In this document: in pieces, positions 19,192-27,519 of the stretch | Layout: the number at the start of each line of letters is the position of its first letter | How positions within the stretch are numbered: position 1 is the first letter of the stretch | Source of the DNA: a virus | Taxonomy: Duplodnaviria; Caudoviricetes | IMG/VR virus record: IMGVR_UViG_3300044512_003393 | Span: 1 to 27,519 of that record | DNA length: 27,519 nucleotides | Strand: one strand, 5' to 3' | Notes under the pieces: generated by a model | What the model was told of the DNA's origin: nothing | Databases searched by the model: none | What the model saw: only the letters and a program-made list of their open reading frames with translations | Position numbers and translations under genes: made by a program

Positions 19192-21426
19192 ATGACAGTC
19201 CCAATTACAACACCGATTACTGATCTGGACGACATCAATAGCAACTGGGATAATACAGCCTTTGCTAATGGTATCTTCGAATCAGATGAAGTTTATATTG
19301 ATGCTGACAACAAATCATTTTATTTTAAAAACGGCGGCAACTTTGCAAGTGCTGGTTCGGGTGTGACAGGTCAGGCTCTTTATTCATTCTTTAAAGATCG
19401 TTGGAAAAACGATCAATACTTGCCACAGTATGAATTTCCAATGCTTTCAATTACGAACGAACAGTTCGAATTTATTAATGGTTGGAAGATTGACGATACA
19501 CAAACCGTAGCTCAATCAGGCGGATTTAACGCTACATCACGAAAAATGATTCGAACCGCTGGTTGGTCAGAGGTAGAAGTAGATGGTACGGTTTCTCGAC
19601 GCTACTTTGGTTTCGTATCTCTAGGTGAGCTCGGTACAACTGATCAGCTTTATTTCGTACAGGATGATAGTTTCGAAGCTACTCCTGCTGATACAGCTTA
19701 TACTGATGCTGTTAACGAAGCTATTCAGTTCTATGGTAATATTGATACTGCGGCCGGTGGTGATACAGCAGCCGATGACTTCGTTGGTGAAGCTCTCGTG
19801 ACTGGTATTACTGGTGCTTCTATCGTTGTATCGACAAAAACTGTAACATCTTCATCTCACGGTCTAGTCGCTGGTGATGTAATTAAAGTATCATCTGCAA
19901 CTGATGCAGATATTGATGGATTCTACATCATCGATTCAGCTGATACAAATACATTTGTCATTCGCGATGCTCTACCTTCTGGTGCATCTGATGTATCTGA
20001 CCTTGTAGTCGATCAAGTTGGTTTCGATCGATCAACATACTATAAAGCATTCGTAAGAACGCGTGGAAAGACATACGCTGACGCTGACTTGGCTGACATC
20101 GGTGTTACCTCAGGTACAACTTATATTGTGTATCGTTTCCCAATTACAAATTCCGACGATTTGAACATTAATACTACAGATGATGCAGCATTCACGGGTG
20201 CTTCTATCTCAAGTATTACTGGTGATGGTACAACTGCAACGTTGACCGCATCTGCTGCTCATGGTCTCTATGTTGGAGCTCCAATTACTATTGCCGGTGG
20301 TACAAGTTACAATGGTAATCATGTAGTTATAGCAATTTCAGGCACAACTGACGCAGAAGAAGTATTGACATTTGCTTCTACTACGACGACGTCTGATGGT
20401 GCTGGCGGTACTGTTGCACTTCGTTATACCGATACAATGGATGTAACATATCTTCCAAATCCAGATAGCAACAGCGGTGATGTAGTTATTAAAGGCGATT
20501 GGGTAACTGGAACTACATTCGATCTCGGTGATGTTGTATTTGACGTTGGTAACTCATCAGGAGCTGCAGATGGTGCACGTTGGTACTATCTCGATGCTAC
20601 TACAGGTGACTCAACCGGTGCTAACCTTGCTGCTGATACTAACAACACTTGGGTAGAATGGACTCCGGGCCAGCGAGACATTGAAGAGAATGGAACATAT
20701 TCAGCATACTCGGTCGTTTACGATTTGAATAATGGTGGAACTACACCGGGCGCAACGAAAGAAGTTGCATACGAATATGCTCAGTATCTACTCCGTCTAA
20801 CAACTGATATCAACGCCGGTGCCAACACAAACCGACGTGGTGATATTGCAGATCCACTGGTGTTCTTCGTAGGTTCAACACTTAATACTTACTCAGATAC
20901 ATCTATTCCATCTGCTGTTGTACTTGATGATATTGCTGATTCTGACGTTAACAACGTTCAGTATAACGAAGCAACTGCTGTTACTGGCCGAACTAACCGT
21001 ATCCACCTTGCTCCTACCGTTGTACAGGTAACTATTAACTTCAATAACAACCTGTTCAATGACACTGATGCAATTTTCTACGCATATTACACAACTGGTA
21101 CAGATACTGGTTCAGGTACACGTGACTTCGGTTCACCAAGAGCTCTTGAACTTCAAAAAGTATCTGGTGGTATTGCAAACACAGTAGGTTCAGATGTTAA
21201 TAACAATGTACCAGATAACGGTACGTACTCGTTTAACTATGCTTATACTGCTGATGATACAAACGGCAGAACAACTGGTGACAACGCTGCTGATGTTAAC
21301 ATCACAATTGTGGCACTAGGTTTGAATACTGGTCAATATGTAACAACAGCTGGTGACATCACAGCTACTGGTGCAACGTTCTCGTTAGTTGCTCCATTAG
21401 AGCGAAACTACACTAACCCAGCATAA
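19192..21426 (+). CDS. Putative abundant virion appendage protein (744 aa)
   Basis: Own promoter and terminator. N-terminal GVTGQALYSFFKDRW...FINGWKI domain, two HGL-type inserts, a Trp-rich module. Ends ERNYTNPA. Confidence 0.75.
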   Translation: MTVPITTPITDLDDINSNWDNTAFANGIFESDEVYIDADNKSFYFKNGGNFASAGSGVTGQALYSFFKDRWKNDQYLPQYEFPMLSITNEQFEFINGWKIDDTQTVAQSGGFNATSRKMIRTAGWSEVEVDGTVSRRYFGFVSLGELGTTDQLYFVQDDSFEATPADTAYTDAVNEAIQFYGNIDTAAGGDTAADDFVGEALVTGITGASIVVSTKTVTSSSHGLVAGDVIKVSSATDADIDGFYIIDSADTNTFVIRDALPSGASDVSDLVVDQVGFDRSTYYKAFVRTRGKTYADADLADIGVTSGTTYIVYRFPITNSDDLNINTTDDAAFTGASISSITGDGTTATLTASAAHGLYVGAPITIAGGTSYNGNHVVIAISGTTDAEEVLTFASTTTTSDGAGGTVALRYTDTMDVTYLPNPDSNSGDVVIKGDWVTGTTFDLGDVVFDVGNSSGAADGARWYYLDATTGDSTGANLAADTNNTWVEWTPGQRDIEENGTYSAYSVVYDLNNGGTTPGATKEVAYEYAQYLLRLTTDINAGANTNRRGDIADPLVFFVGSTLNTYSDTSIPSAVVLDDIADSDVNNVQYNEATAVTGRTNRIHLAPTVVQVTINFNNNLFNDTDAIFYAYYTTGTDTGSGTRDFGSPRALELQKVSGGIANTVGSDVNNNVPDNGTYSFNYAYTADDTNGRTTGDNAADVNITIVALGLNTGQYVTTAGDITATGATFSLVAPLERNYTNPA

Positions 21427-21441
21427 TAAATAGATATGAGC

Positions 21442-21465
21442 GGGGGAGCACAGCTCCCCTTTTTT
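21442..21465 (+). terminator. Intrinsic terminator after the 744-aa gene
   Basis: GGGGAGC-aca-GCTCCCC followed by TTTTTT. Confidence 0.88.
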
Positions 21466-21480
21466 GATAAGAGGTAAATT

Positions 21481-21651
21481 ATGACAGATAAAGAAATGAA
21501 ACAAAAACTAGATGAGAGCGTAGACTACTTCGAAGACTTCATCAATAAAGTCCTTCCAAAAAATATCGAAGGTGTTCAGCCAATGGATGTGATGAAACAC
21601 TATAATGTTCTTCGGTCAGAATTAGCAAAACTATACGTAGATCTAGACTAA
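21481..21651 (+). CDS. Small hypothetical helical protein (56 aa; not in the ORF track)
   Basis: MTDKEMKQKLDESVDYFEDFINKVLPKNIEGVQPMDVMKHYNVLRSELAKLYVDLD*. SD GAGGT at 21471-21475. It fills the gap between neighbouring genes. Confidence 0.75.
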   Translation: MTDKEMKQKLDESVDYFEDFINKVLPKNIEGVQPMDVMKHYNVLRSELAKLYVDLD

Positions 21652-21663
21652 TAGGAATCACAC

Positions 21664-24324
21664 ATGGCAGGCGAAAAGCGATATACACGAATACCACCGG
21701 AGAGCACTGGCGACCGTGTGTACATGATACACACTGCCGAGATTGAATTCGAAAACGGCGGCAATAACATAGGTCATACTTGGCAAATTGGTGCCATGTA
21801 TATGATCGCTAGTTTCGGTATGATTCATATTCACGGTGTATTCGACCGCGGTGATGGTACAGGTATTCTTGCAGTACATTATAATAAAACTGACAAATTT
21901 GAGAACAATGAACCTACTGCAGGTTCAGAAATCAGTATCGATGGAACGCCAGTTGGTGATGTTGTTACTGCATACGATGTATACATTCCGGCTCAAAATA
22001 TCATGGGTTATGATAACCCAGAGTACGGATTAGATATTGATCCATACGGTTCAGCACAAATTACATTTGATGAAGGTAAACCTCAGTTAGATGCATTTGG
22101 TAAGTTACGTGTCACAGGTGCAACCCATCTGGGCGAATATGTGTATGCAACCAAAGACGAACTGTATGAAAATTTTGCTGTCACATATCTAAATAAAGGT
22201 ATGAGAAGTGTTCGAACTGCGGATATTGAATATAGTAGTACTGCAAAATACATTTCTCCAAGAGTAAAAACACAACAAGATTTTGCTGCGGCAACAAGTA
22301 AGACATATCACCACTATATTCCCGGCTCTTCGCATTTGTTTATGGGTACAGCGTTATTCAGTAACACAGGCAAATTAAGTGCAGGCGCTCAACCAAACAG
22401 TGGCTGTGAAAGAAACTTTGGGATGTTTGATGCTGATAACGGATTTATGTTCCGTGTTGGTCCTACTGGTGTTTTGTATTTGGTAAGACGTTCAAAGATA
22501 ACCGGAAGTAAAGTTGATTATGTATTAGCATCGTCAGATACAAATGACGGATTTGATAATTTTAACGGCGACCAAGTAAATGGTTCAAGAGGCGCTGCAA
22601 ACAAGAGCCAGATGGATTTAGATTTGTCAAAGGACAATATCTATTGGCTTGATGTGCAATGGCACGGCGCCGGACGTATTCGCTTTGGTACATTTAGTAA
22701 TGGTCAACGTGTGATAATGCATGAATATTATCACGGCAATAGATATGACGAACCAATGAGTGCAACAGCATCTCTTCCAGTTTGTCACGCGAACTATTAC
22801 TATAATGATACCGAAATGCAAGCTCACGCGGTATATGGTGACGGAACAGGTACAGGCGGTGCTTTTGGTCCACTCCCCGCTGACTTAGTGAGATTAGGTT
22901 TAACCACTTCAAGAACAGCAGATAGCAATTACGTTTACAGCCGACATTGGAGTGGTTCAGTTTGGACTGAAACAGACATTGATCTACAGTCACTCGGCCG
23001 TCCAAAAACATATACCACAGGCCACTTACAGGTAAATGGTGCTGGGTTTAGTCAGCTGTTTACTATAGCACCGGCGCCACTTTTAGCATCAGGCGATACT
23101 GATCACAGTATTTTTGTTCCAACTAAAATCACAGCATTTGCATATGACAATGCAGTAAATACGGCAAATACCGCTGGATTAGAACGTAATTCAATTGTTC
23201 ACTACCGTGTAGGTAAAAACTGCGTGCACAGTGGACATGACTTTGAGACTATTCCTGGCACAAACTTCCAAGTTTCCACTGCTGGTATAAGTTTTGAAGA
23301 TACAAATAAAGCAGGCAATACAAAAGAAATTATATTCGAAGATATGTTTAATGGTGGCTTTACTGATATTCTTACAGACCGTTTTATCAATCTCCAGAAT
23401 GGATCGTTTAAAAATGATCCAGATGATGGTGGTGTAGCAGAACAGGTAGTAACAGATATCACTCAAAACGAAGCAACTGCTGGTATTGGTGCTGCGGTCG
23501 ATGCTGTAGGTAGTAGCACCACATTATTGTTAGATGACCAAACAGTTACAACGACTACATCAGGAACAACTGCAATATATTCTACTACTATTGAAGTTGC
23601 TGATGCTACAGGATTTGTAAGAGGCGGAACAATTGTAATTAATGACAGTGCAACATCGCCTCCTGTAGTTACAGATTACACTGCTGATGGTACTACAGTC
23701 ATTGATATATCTGGCACAACAATCACTTTAAGTAAGAATATTCAAAATACAGCAATTCCATCGGGCGTTACTGTTACACACATTCCACTTATTGAAGGTG
23801 CATCAATTACTGGTACTAATATTGCGACTGATACAGTAATTAGAAGTGTCGATAGCGGAACACAGGTTACACTGAGTCAAGCAACAACAGGTACATTCGC
23901 TGGCACTGAAACATTCACAATGACACGACCTCCAGTAGTTACTATTGATCCTGCTGATGCAAATAGCAGACCTCAAACAAGTGATCGTTGGGAGTTAAGA
24001 GAGCCATTTACTGCTACATTCCCGTTGAATGTAAATGCTGCTGATGGTGCATTATATTGTCATGGTGTAACAGGTACTGGAACGAATCCATTCCCTCGCA
24101 CTTGCTTTATCAAGATCATCAGTCTCACAAAGGCGTATCTATATGCAGATCGTGAACTCACTCAACCTGTAGATACGAGCGCGTTTACATATACAAGTGG
24201 TGGTGTTATTCATGGATTTGCTGGACCTCAAACTACGTTTACTTTCTTTGCTCACGAGCAAATTAAAAATTTGCAAGATCCACGAGTCATGTTTACAATT
24301 ACTTGGAAAGAGATTGTTCAGTAA
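21664..24324 (+). CDS. Putative virion / receptor-binding protein (886 aa), possible lectin-like beta-sandwich core
   Basis: RIPPESTG N-terminus; DAFGKLRV, FGMFDADNGFMF, YWLDVQWHGAGRIRFG, TASLPV and terminal ITWKE motifs that I recall from a widespread aquatic-phage family. The fold is inferred. Confidence 0.7.
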   Translation: MAGEKRYTRIPPESTGDRVYMIHTAEIEFENGGNNIGHTWQIGAMYMIASFGMIHIHGVFDRGDGTGILAVHYNKTDKFENNEPTAGSEISIDGTPVGDVVTAYDVYIPAQNIMGYDNPEYGLDIDPYGSAQITFDEGKPQLDAFGKLRVTGATHLGEYVYATKDELYENFAVTYLNKGMRSVRTADIEYSSTAKYISPRVKTQQDFAAATSKTYHHYIPGSSHLFMGTALFSNTGKLSAGAQPNSGCERNFGMFDADNGFMFRVGPTGVLYLVRRSKITGSKVDYVLASSDTNDGFDNFNGDQVNGSRGAANKSQMDLDLSKDNIYWLDVQWHGAGRIRFGTFSNGQRVIMHEYYHGNRYDEPMSATASLPVCHANYYYNDTEMQAHAVYGDGTGTGGAFGPLPADLVRLGLTTSRTADSNYVYSRHWSGSVWTETDIDLQSLGRPKTYTTGHLQVNGAGFSQLFTIAPAPLLASGDTDHSIFVPTKITAFAYDNAVNTANTAGLERNSIVHYRVGKNCVHSGHDFETIPGTNFQVSTAGISFEDTNKAGNTKEIIFEDMFNGGFTDILTDRFINLQNGSFKNDPDDGGVAEQVVTDITQNEATAGIGAAVDAVGSSTTLLLDDQTVTTTTSGTTAIYSTTIEVADATGFVRGGTIVINDSATSPPVVTDYTADGTTVIDISGTTITLSKNIQNTAIPSGVTVTHIPLIEGASITGTNIATDTVIRSVDSGTQVTLSQATTGTFAGTETFTMTRPPVVTIDPADANSRPQTSDRWELREPFTATFPLNVNAADGALYCHGVTGTGTNPFPRTCFIKIISLTKAYLYADRELTQPVDTSAFTYTSGGVIHGFAGPQTTFTFFAHEQIKNLQDPRVMFTITWKEIVQ

Positions 24325-24917
24325 TGCCTTCTATCATTTTCAACTATGGTAATTGGTGGAATTGGGAGGACTATCCTAATCAGAAGGCCGTATTTGATGG
24401 ACCGAACAAGATCATATATATTTCTGAGGGCGTAACAGAATTAGATGTACAAGAAGATTTATATTCTGCGTGGAAAGAATGGAAAATAAATTCTCAGGAA
24501 GCGCCGGGCAGTCGTGGCGCCACAGCTTATTTGAGAGCTTTTACTGCTATCGGCGGTGACCCGATTTCAGGTGATCAAAATGTTGGTATCACATACTTTC
24601 TCGAGAATGGATGGAGAATTCAGCCGTTCGCTAGTAAAAATCCATACGTACTAACAGTAAATGGAAATCTGTATACACGAGAAACTGGAGAAAATCCGTT
24701 TAAATTTGCCGAAGGCGTATCAGTATCATTGACTAGATCTAATATCGTAGATATAATTAGAGTCGAGGCACTTGGAGTAAATATAACAGAACAGGACATC
24801 GCCGCGATTGCTGATCAAGTATGGGATGAAGCTCTTACTGATCATACGTCAGACGGCACAACTGGTAAGAAACTTGGTAAGATTGCGACAAAAGTGCAGG
24901 ATATCGCATTAAGATAA
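24324..24917 (+). CDS. Putative virion protein (197 aa), N-domain related to that of the 744-aa protein
   Basis: Start reassigned to the TAATG-coupled ATG at 24324. FDGPNKII...DLYSAWKEW...YFLENGWRI domain and C-terminal IADQVWDE motif. Confidence 0.72.
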   Translation: MPSIIFNYGNWWNWEDYPNQKAVFDGPNKIIYISEGVTELDVQEDLYSAWKEWKINSQEAPGSRGATAYLRAFTAIGGDPISGDQNVGITYFLENGWRIQPFASKNPYVLTVNGNLYTRETGENPFKFAEGVSVSLTRSNIVDIIRVEALGVNITEQDIAAIADQVWDEALTDHTSDGTTGKKLGKIATKVQDIALR

Positions 24918-24920
24918 ATA
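24913..24920 (+). promoter_or_regulatory. Late promoter variant for gp67 onward
   Basis: GATAAATA overlapping the upstream stop, just before SD AAGGAG. Confidence 0.6.
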
Positions 24921-24938
24921 GTATGAAAGGAGAATATT

Positions 24939-25217
24939 ATGACTGATATTACAGATTTTATTAGTGCAGCGATTGAAGAAAAACCAGTAGCGGCGCAGAA
25001 AGCATTTGCAGCTGCAATGGAACCAAAAATTCAAGCTGCTCTAGAAACACAATACGATGCAGTGGCTCAATCGGTTTTTAATCCACAAATGGAAACCGAG
25101 GAACCTGAAGAAGTTGAGCTAGCTGCAGATGCAGATGAAGTTGTCGACGAGATAGTAGAACCTGTCGATGTTGAACCAGAATTAGAACTAGAAACGGAAG
25201 AACCTAACGATGGCTAA
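24939..25217 (+). CDS. gp67: Prohead core protein
   Basis: DFISAAIEEKPVAAQKAFAAAMEPKIQAALE...VAQSVF plus an acidic tail resembles T4 gp67 (LIEAIKSNDLVAARKLFAEAM...). Position fits. Confidence 0.75.
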   Translation: MTDITDFISAAIEEKPVAAQKAFAAAMEPKIQAALETQYDAVAQSVFNPQMETEEPEEVELAADADEVVDEIVEPVDVEPELELETEEPNDG

Positions 25218-25902
25218 TAAAGTAGTTAAAGACATTTTAGAAAAAATGAAGAAAGTCGAAGGTGGATACTTGGATCAGCCTGAAAAAGGTGGCGACGAGC
25301 AAAACTTTATTGATAAGCACGTCGACAATGTTCAAGTTACTGACGGCCCAGGTGTAGAAAAAGAAAAAGGACATCCACATAACGCTGGTGAAAAGCAAAC
25401 TATGGCTCCTCGTAAGAAGCATCGCAAAGGCTATGAGCCAAAAGAAGATGCTGAAGTTTATGAGACTGTAAACTTTGATGATGATCTCCAGTCAATTATG
25501 GAAAATATGTCTCTCGAAGAATCTACTGATTTCTTATTTGAATTAATTGATGAAGCTGTAGCTGAATTCATTGATGAAGAAGCAACCGATGAAGAAGCGG
25601 AAATGATCCGTGAGATGTTTGAATCAGAAGAAGGTTGTGCAGAATTTCTTGAGTTGATGTTCGAAGAAAAATGCAAAGAGTGCGGTTGTGAAGAGTGTGA
25701 ATGTGAAGGTGATGACGAAGTTATCGACGATTCACCAAAACTCAAGAAAGAAAAAGGTGCTAAGAAATCTGAAACAATGGCAACTAACGAAGAAATCGAA
25801 CGACATGCCGATGTTAAAATGGTTAAAGTAAAAACGCCAGAAGGTAAAGTTGTTTTTCGTAAGCAACGTGCAGAAACAGAAGTAAGTAAGAAGACTGACT
25901 AA
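25210..25902 (+). CDS. Highly charged prohead core / internal head protein, possibly gp68-like
   Basis: Follows gp67. Glu-rich with a basic C-terminal part. DDLQSIMENM weakly resembles T4 gp68 DDINTIVENM. Confidence 0.55.
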   Translation: MANKVVKDILEKMKKVEGGYLDQPEKGGDEQNFIDKHVDNVQVTDGPGVEKEKGHPHNAGEKQTMAPRKKHRKGYEPKEDAEVYETVNFDDDLQSIMENMSLEESTDFLFELIDEAVAEFIDEEATDEEAEMIREMFESEEGCAEFLELMFEEKCKECGCEECECEGDDEVIDDSPKLKKEKGAKKSETMATNEEIERHADVKMVKVKTPEGKVVFRKQRAETEVSKKTD

Positions 25903-26621
25903 TGACAGGTCGTTATTATCTAGAAGATAGCGAAATTAATATTGCTAGAGGATTAGTGCATAATGCCTCTGTTCGCAATATTTTTGGCACTTCAGAAACT
26001 ATGGTTGCAAACACCGGTTTTATTGCAGTTTGGGAAGAAGATGCAAATTATGAGTATATGTCATCGGCTAATACTCTTGATCTCGTTTCTACTGATGGTG
26101 GCGATACAGATGTTACAGTAAAATTGATCGGATTAGATAATGACTATAATGTAATTGAAGAAGTTGTAGCACTCGATGGTGCAAATACGGTCACCACAAC
26201 ATCTGATTTTCTTCGTGTAAACGATTTAGTTACAATAGGTGGAAATGCTGTTGGTGATGTAACAGTTACAGGTGATGGTACCATTACAGTTGCAAAAATG
26301 CTAGCAGGTTCAGGAAGAAATCAAGCGGCAATTTATACAGTACCTGCCGGATACAACTTCTATCTTACAAGAATTAATGCTTTTGGCGTGGCTACAACTG
26401 GTGGTAACCCCGGAGCAAAAGTAACAGCATTTAGAAACTTTGTGCAATTGGCAAATGGAGTACAACTTAGAGTTGCTGAAGTAGATTATAATGGTGAGAT
26501 GGAAATTATGCGAGTTACGCCATTTAAGTATTCAGAAAAAACAGATATACAACTTCAAGCAAAAACTTATACAGATCATGCAACATCGATTTTTGCCGAA
26601 GGCATTTTAATAAAGGAATAA
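25902..26621 (+). CDS. Hypothetical beta-rich phage protein (239 aa)
   Basis: TAATG-coupled. IARGLV, GLDNDYN, FLRVN, AIYTVPAG motifs recalled from aquatic-phage hypothetical proteins. Confidence 0.72.
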   Translation: MTGRYYLEDSEINIARGLVHNASVRNIFGTSETMVANTGFIAVWEEDANYEYMSSANTLDLVSTDGGDTDVTVKLIGLDNDYNVIEEVVALDGANTVTTTSDFLRVNDLVTIGGNAVGDVTVTGDGTITVAKMLAGSGRNQAAIYTVPAGYNFYLTRINAFGVATTGGNPGAKVTAFRNFVQLANGVQLRVAEVDYNGEMEIMRVTPFKYSEKTDIQLQAKTYTDHATSIFAEGILIKE

Positions 26622-26625
26622 AAGA

Positions 26626-26868
26626 ATGATAGTCAAACCATTAACAGCAGAAGTAGAATTAGATACAACTCCAACAACATTATCTGATGCTGCTATCGTT
26701 AGGCTTTATAATATTGATGCCGGAGATGTTGTAATTACAAATACCACAACTAGTGCCAGCTTTACTATGCCGACAGGTTCAATTACTTTTTGTCAAAAAC
26801 TTCCGGCAGACACTTTGACAGCAAGCGCTAATGTAAAAGCCACTTCAGTTGCGTTTACTATATCGTAA
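26626..26868 (+). CDS. Small hypothetical protein upstream of gp21 (80 aa)
   Basis: A..VRLYN...SFTM...K...DTL...VKAT.VAF pattern. I recall a similar gene preceding gp21 in marine T4-like phages. Confidence 0.72.
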   Translation: MIVKPLTAEVELDTTPTTLSDAAIVRLYNIDAGDVVITNTTTSASFTMPTGSITFCQKLPADTLTASANVKATSVAFTIS

Positions 26869-26877
26869 GGAAAAACC

Positions 26878-27519
26878 ATGAAGCTAATCACAGAAATACA
26901 TGAGTCATTAAAAGTACTCACAGAAGAGAAAGATGGTAAGAAGAATCTTTTTATTGAAGGTGTTTTCTTACAATCAAATATTCCAAATAGAAACGGCCGT
27001 CGATATAGCTCAGAGATTATGGAGCGCGAAGTTAATAGATACATGCAAGAAACAGTATCTAAAGGCCGGGCATATGGTGAACTCGGCCATCCAGATGGTC
27101 CGGGCATCAACCTTGATCGAGTATCACACATCATTACTGAATTACGACGAGATGGTGATAACTGGGTCGGTAAAGCAAAAATTTCTTCTACTCCTATGGG
27201 ACAAATAGCTGCAGGTCTTATTGAAGACGGTGCACAATTAGGAGTATCTTCTCGCGGTATGGGCTCTTTGAAAGAAGGAAAAGACGGAATCATGGAAGTA
27301 CAAGATGATTTTTATCTTGCTACTGCTGCTGATATCGTTGCAGATCCATCTGCACCGGATGCATACGTTAATGGTATCATGGAAGGAGTTGAGTGGGTAT
27401 GGGATCATGGTAAGGTGGTTTCAAAATCTGTAGAAGAAATGAAGGAAGAGGTTGAAAAGGCATCTCGTCAGAGAATCCTTAATGAGCAGAAAAAGCTTCA
27501 ATTGTTTGAACGTTTTATC
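26878..27519 (+). CDS. gp21: Prohead protease, 3'-truncated (not in the ORF track)
   Basis: MKLITE..., FIEGVFLQ, NRNGRRY, GELGHP, LGVSSRGMGSL, DIVADPSAPDAYV motifs. Frame is open to the window end. Confidence 0.97.
   Translation, partial: MKLITEIHESLKVLTEEKDGKKNLFIEGVFLQSNIPNRNGRRYSSEIMEREVNRYMQETVSKGRAYGELGHPDGPGINLDRVSHIITELRRDGDNWVGKAKISSTPMGQIAAGLIEDGAQLGVSSRGMGSLKEGKDGIMEVQDDFYLATAADIVADPSAPDAYVNGIMEGVEWVWDHGKVVSKSVEEMKEEVEKASRQRILNEQKKLQLFERFI

Noticed and set aside
667-27293. Minus-strand and alternate-frame ORFs in the track (e.g. 667..1056, 4693..5166, 16546..16926, 26793..27293, 26933..27208)
   Set aside because: They are shadows of real + strand genes, favoured by repeat and codon bias. 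They have no recognisable motifs.

Overview
Late (virion morphogenesis) region of a T4-like myophage, AT-rich and probably aquatic or marine. All credible genes are on the + strand. The T4 core order is intact: gp13-gp14-gp15-gp16-gp17-gp18-gp19-gp20-[insert]-gp67-(gp68-like)-gp21. T4-type late promoters (TATAAATA/NATAAATA) and intrinsic terminators punctuate it. Two accessory structural modules stand out. (1) Upstream of gp13, where T4 has gp12/wac, a 134-aa gene with its own promoter and terminator is followed by a 1612-aa protein built from about 70 tandem 21-22-aa repeats; this may be a subunit-plus-ruler fibre. (2) An ~8.6-kb six-gene cassette splits gp20 from gp67. It encodes a collagen protein, a lectin-like protein, a 56-aa protein, and three proteins sharing domains in a C-only / N+C / N-only pattern that suggests a tip-shaft-base filament. 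Several structural proteins carry nested insertions of small beta-rich modules. All assignments come from reading motifs by eye; no database searches were run.
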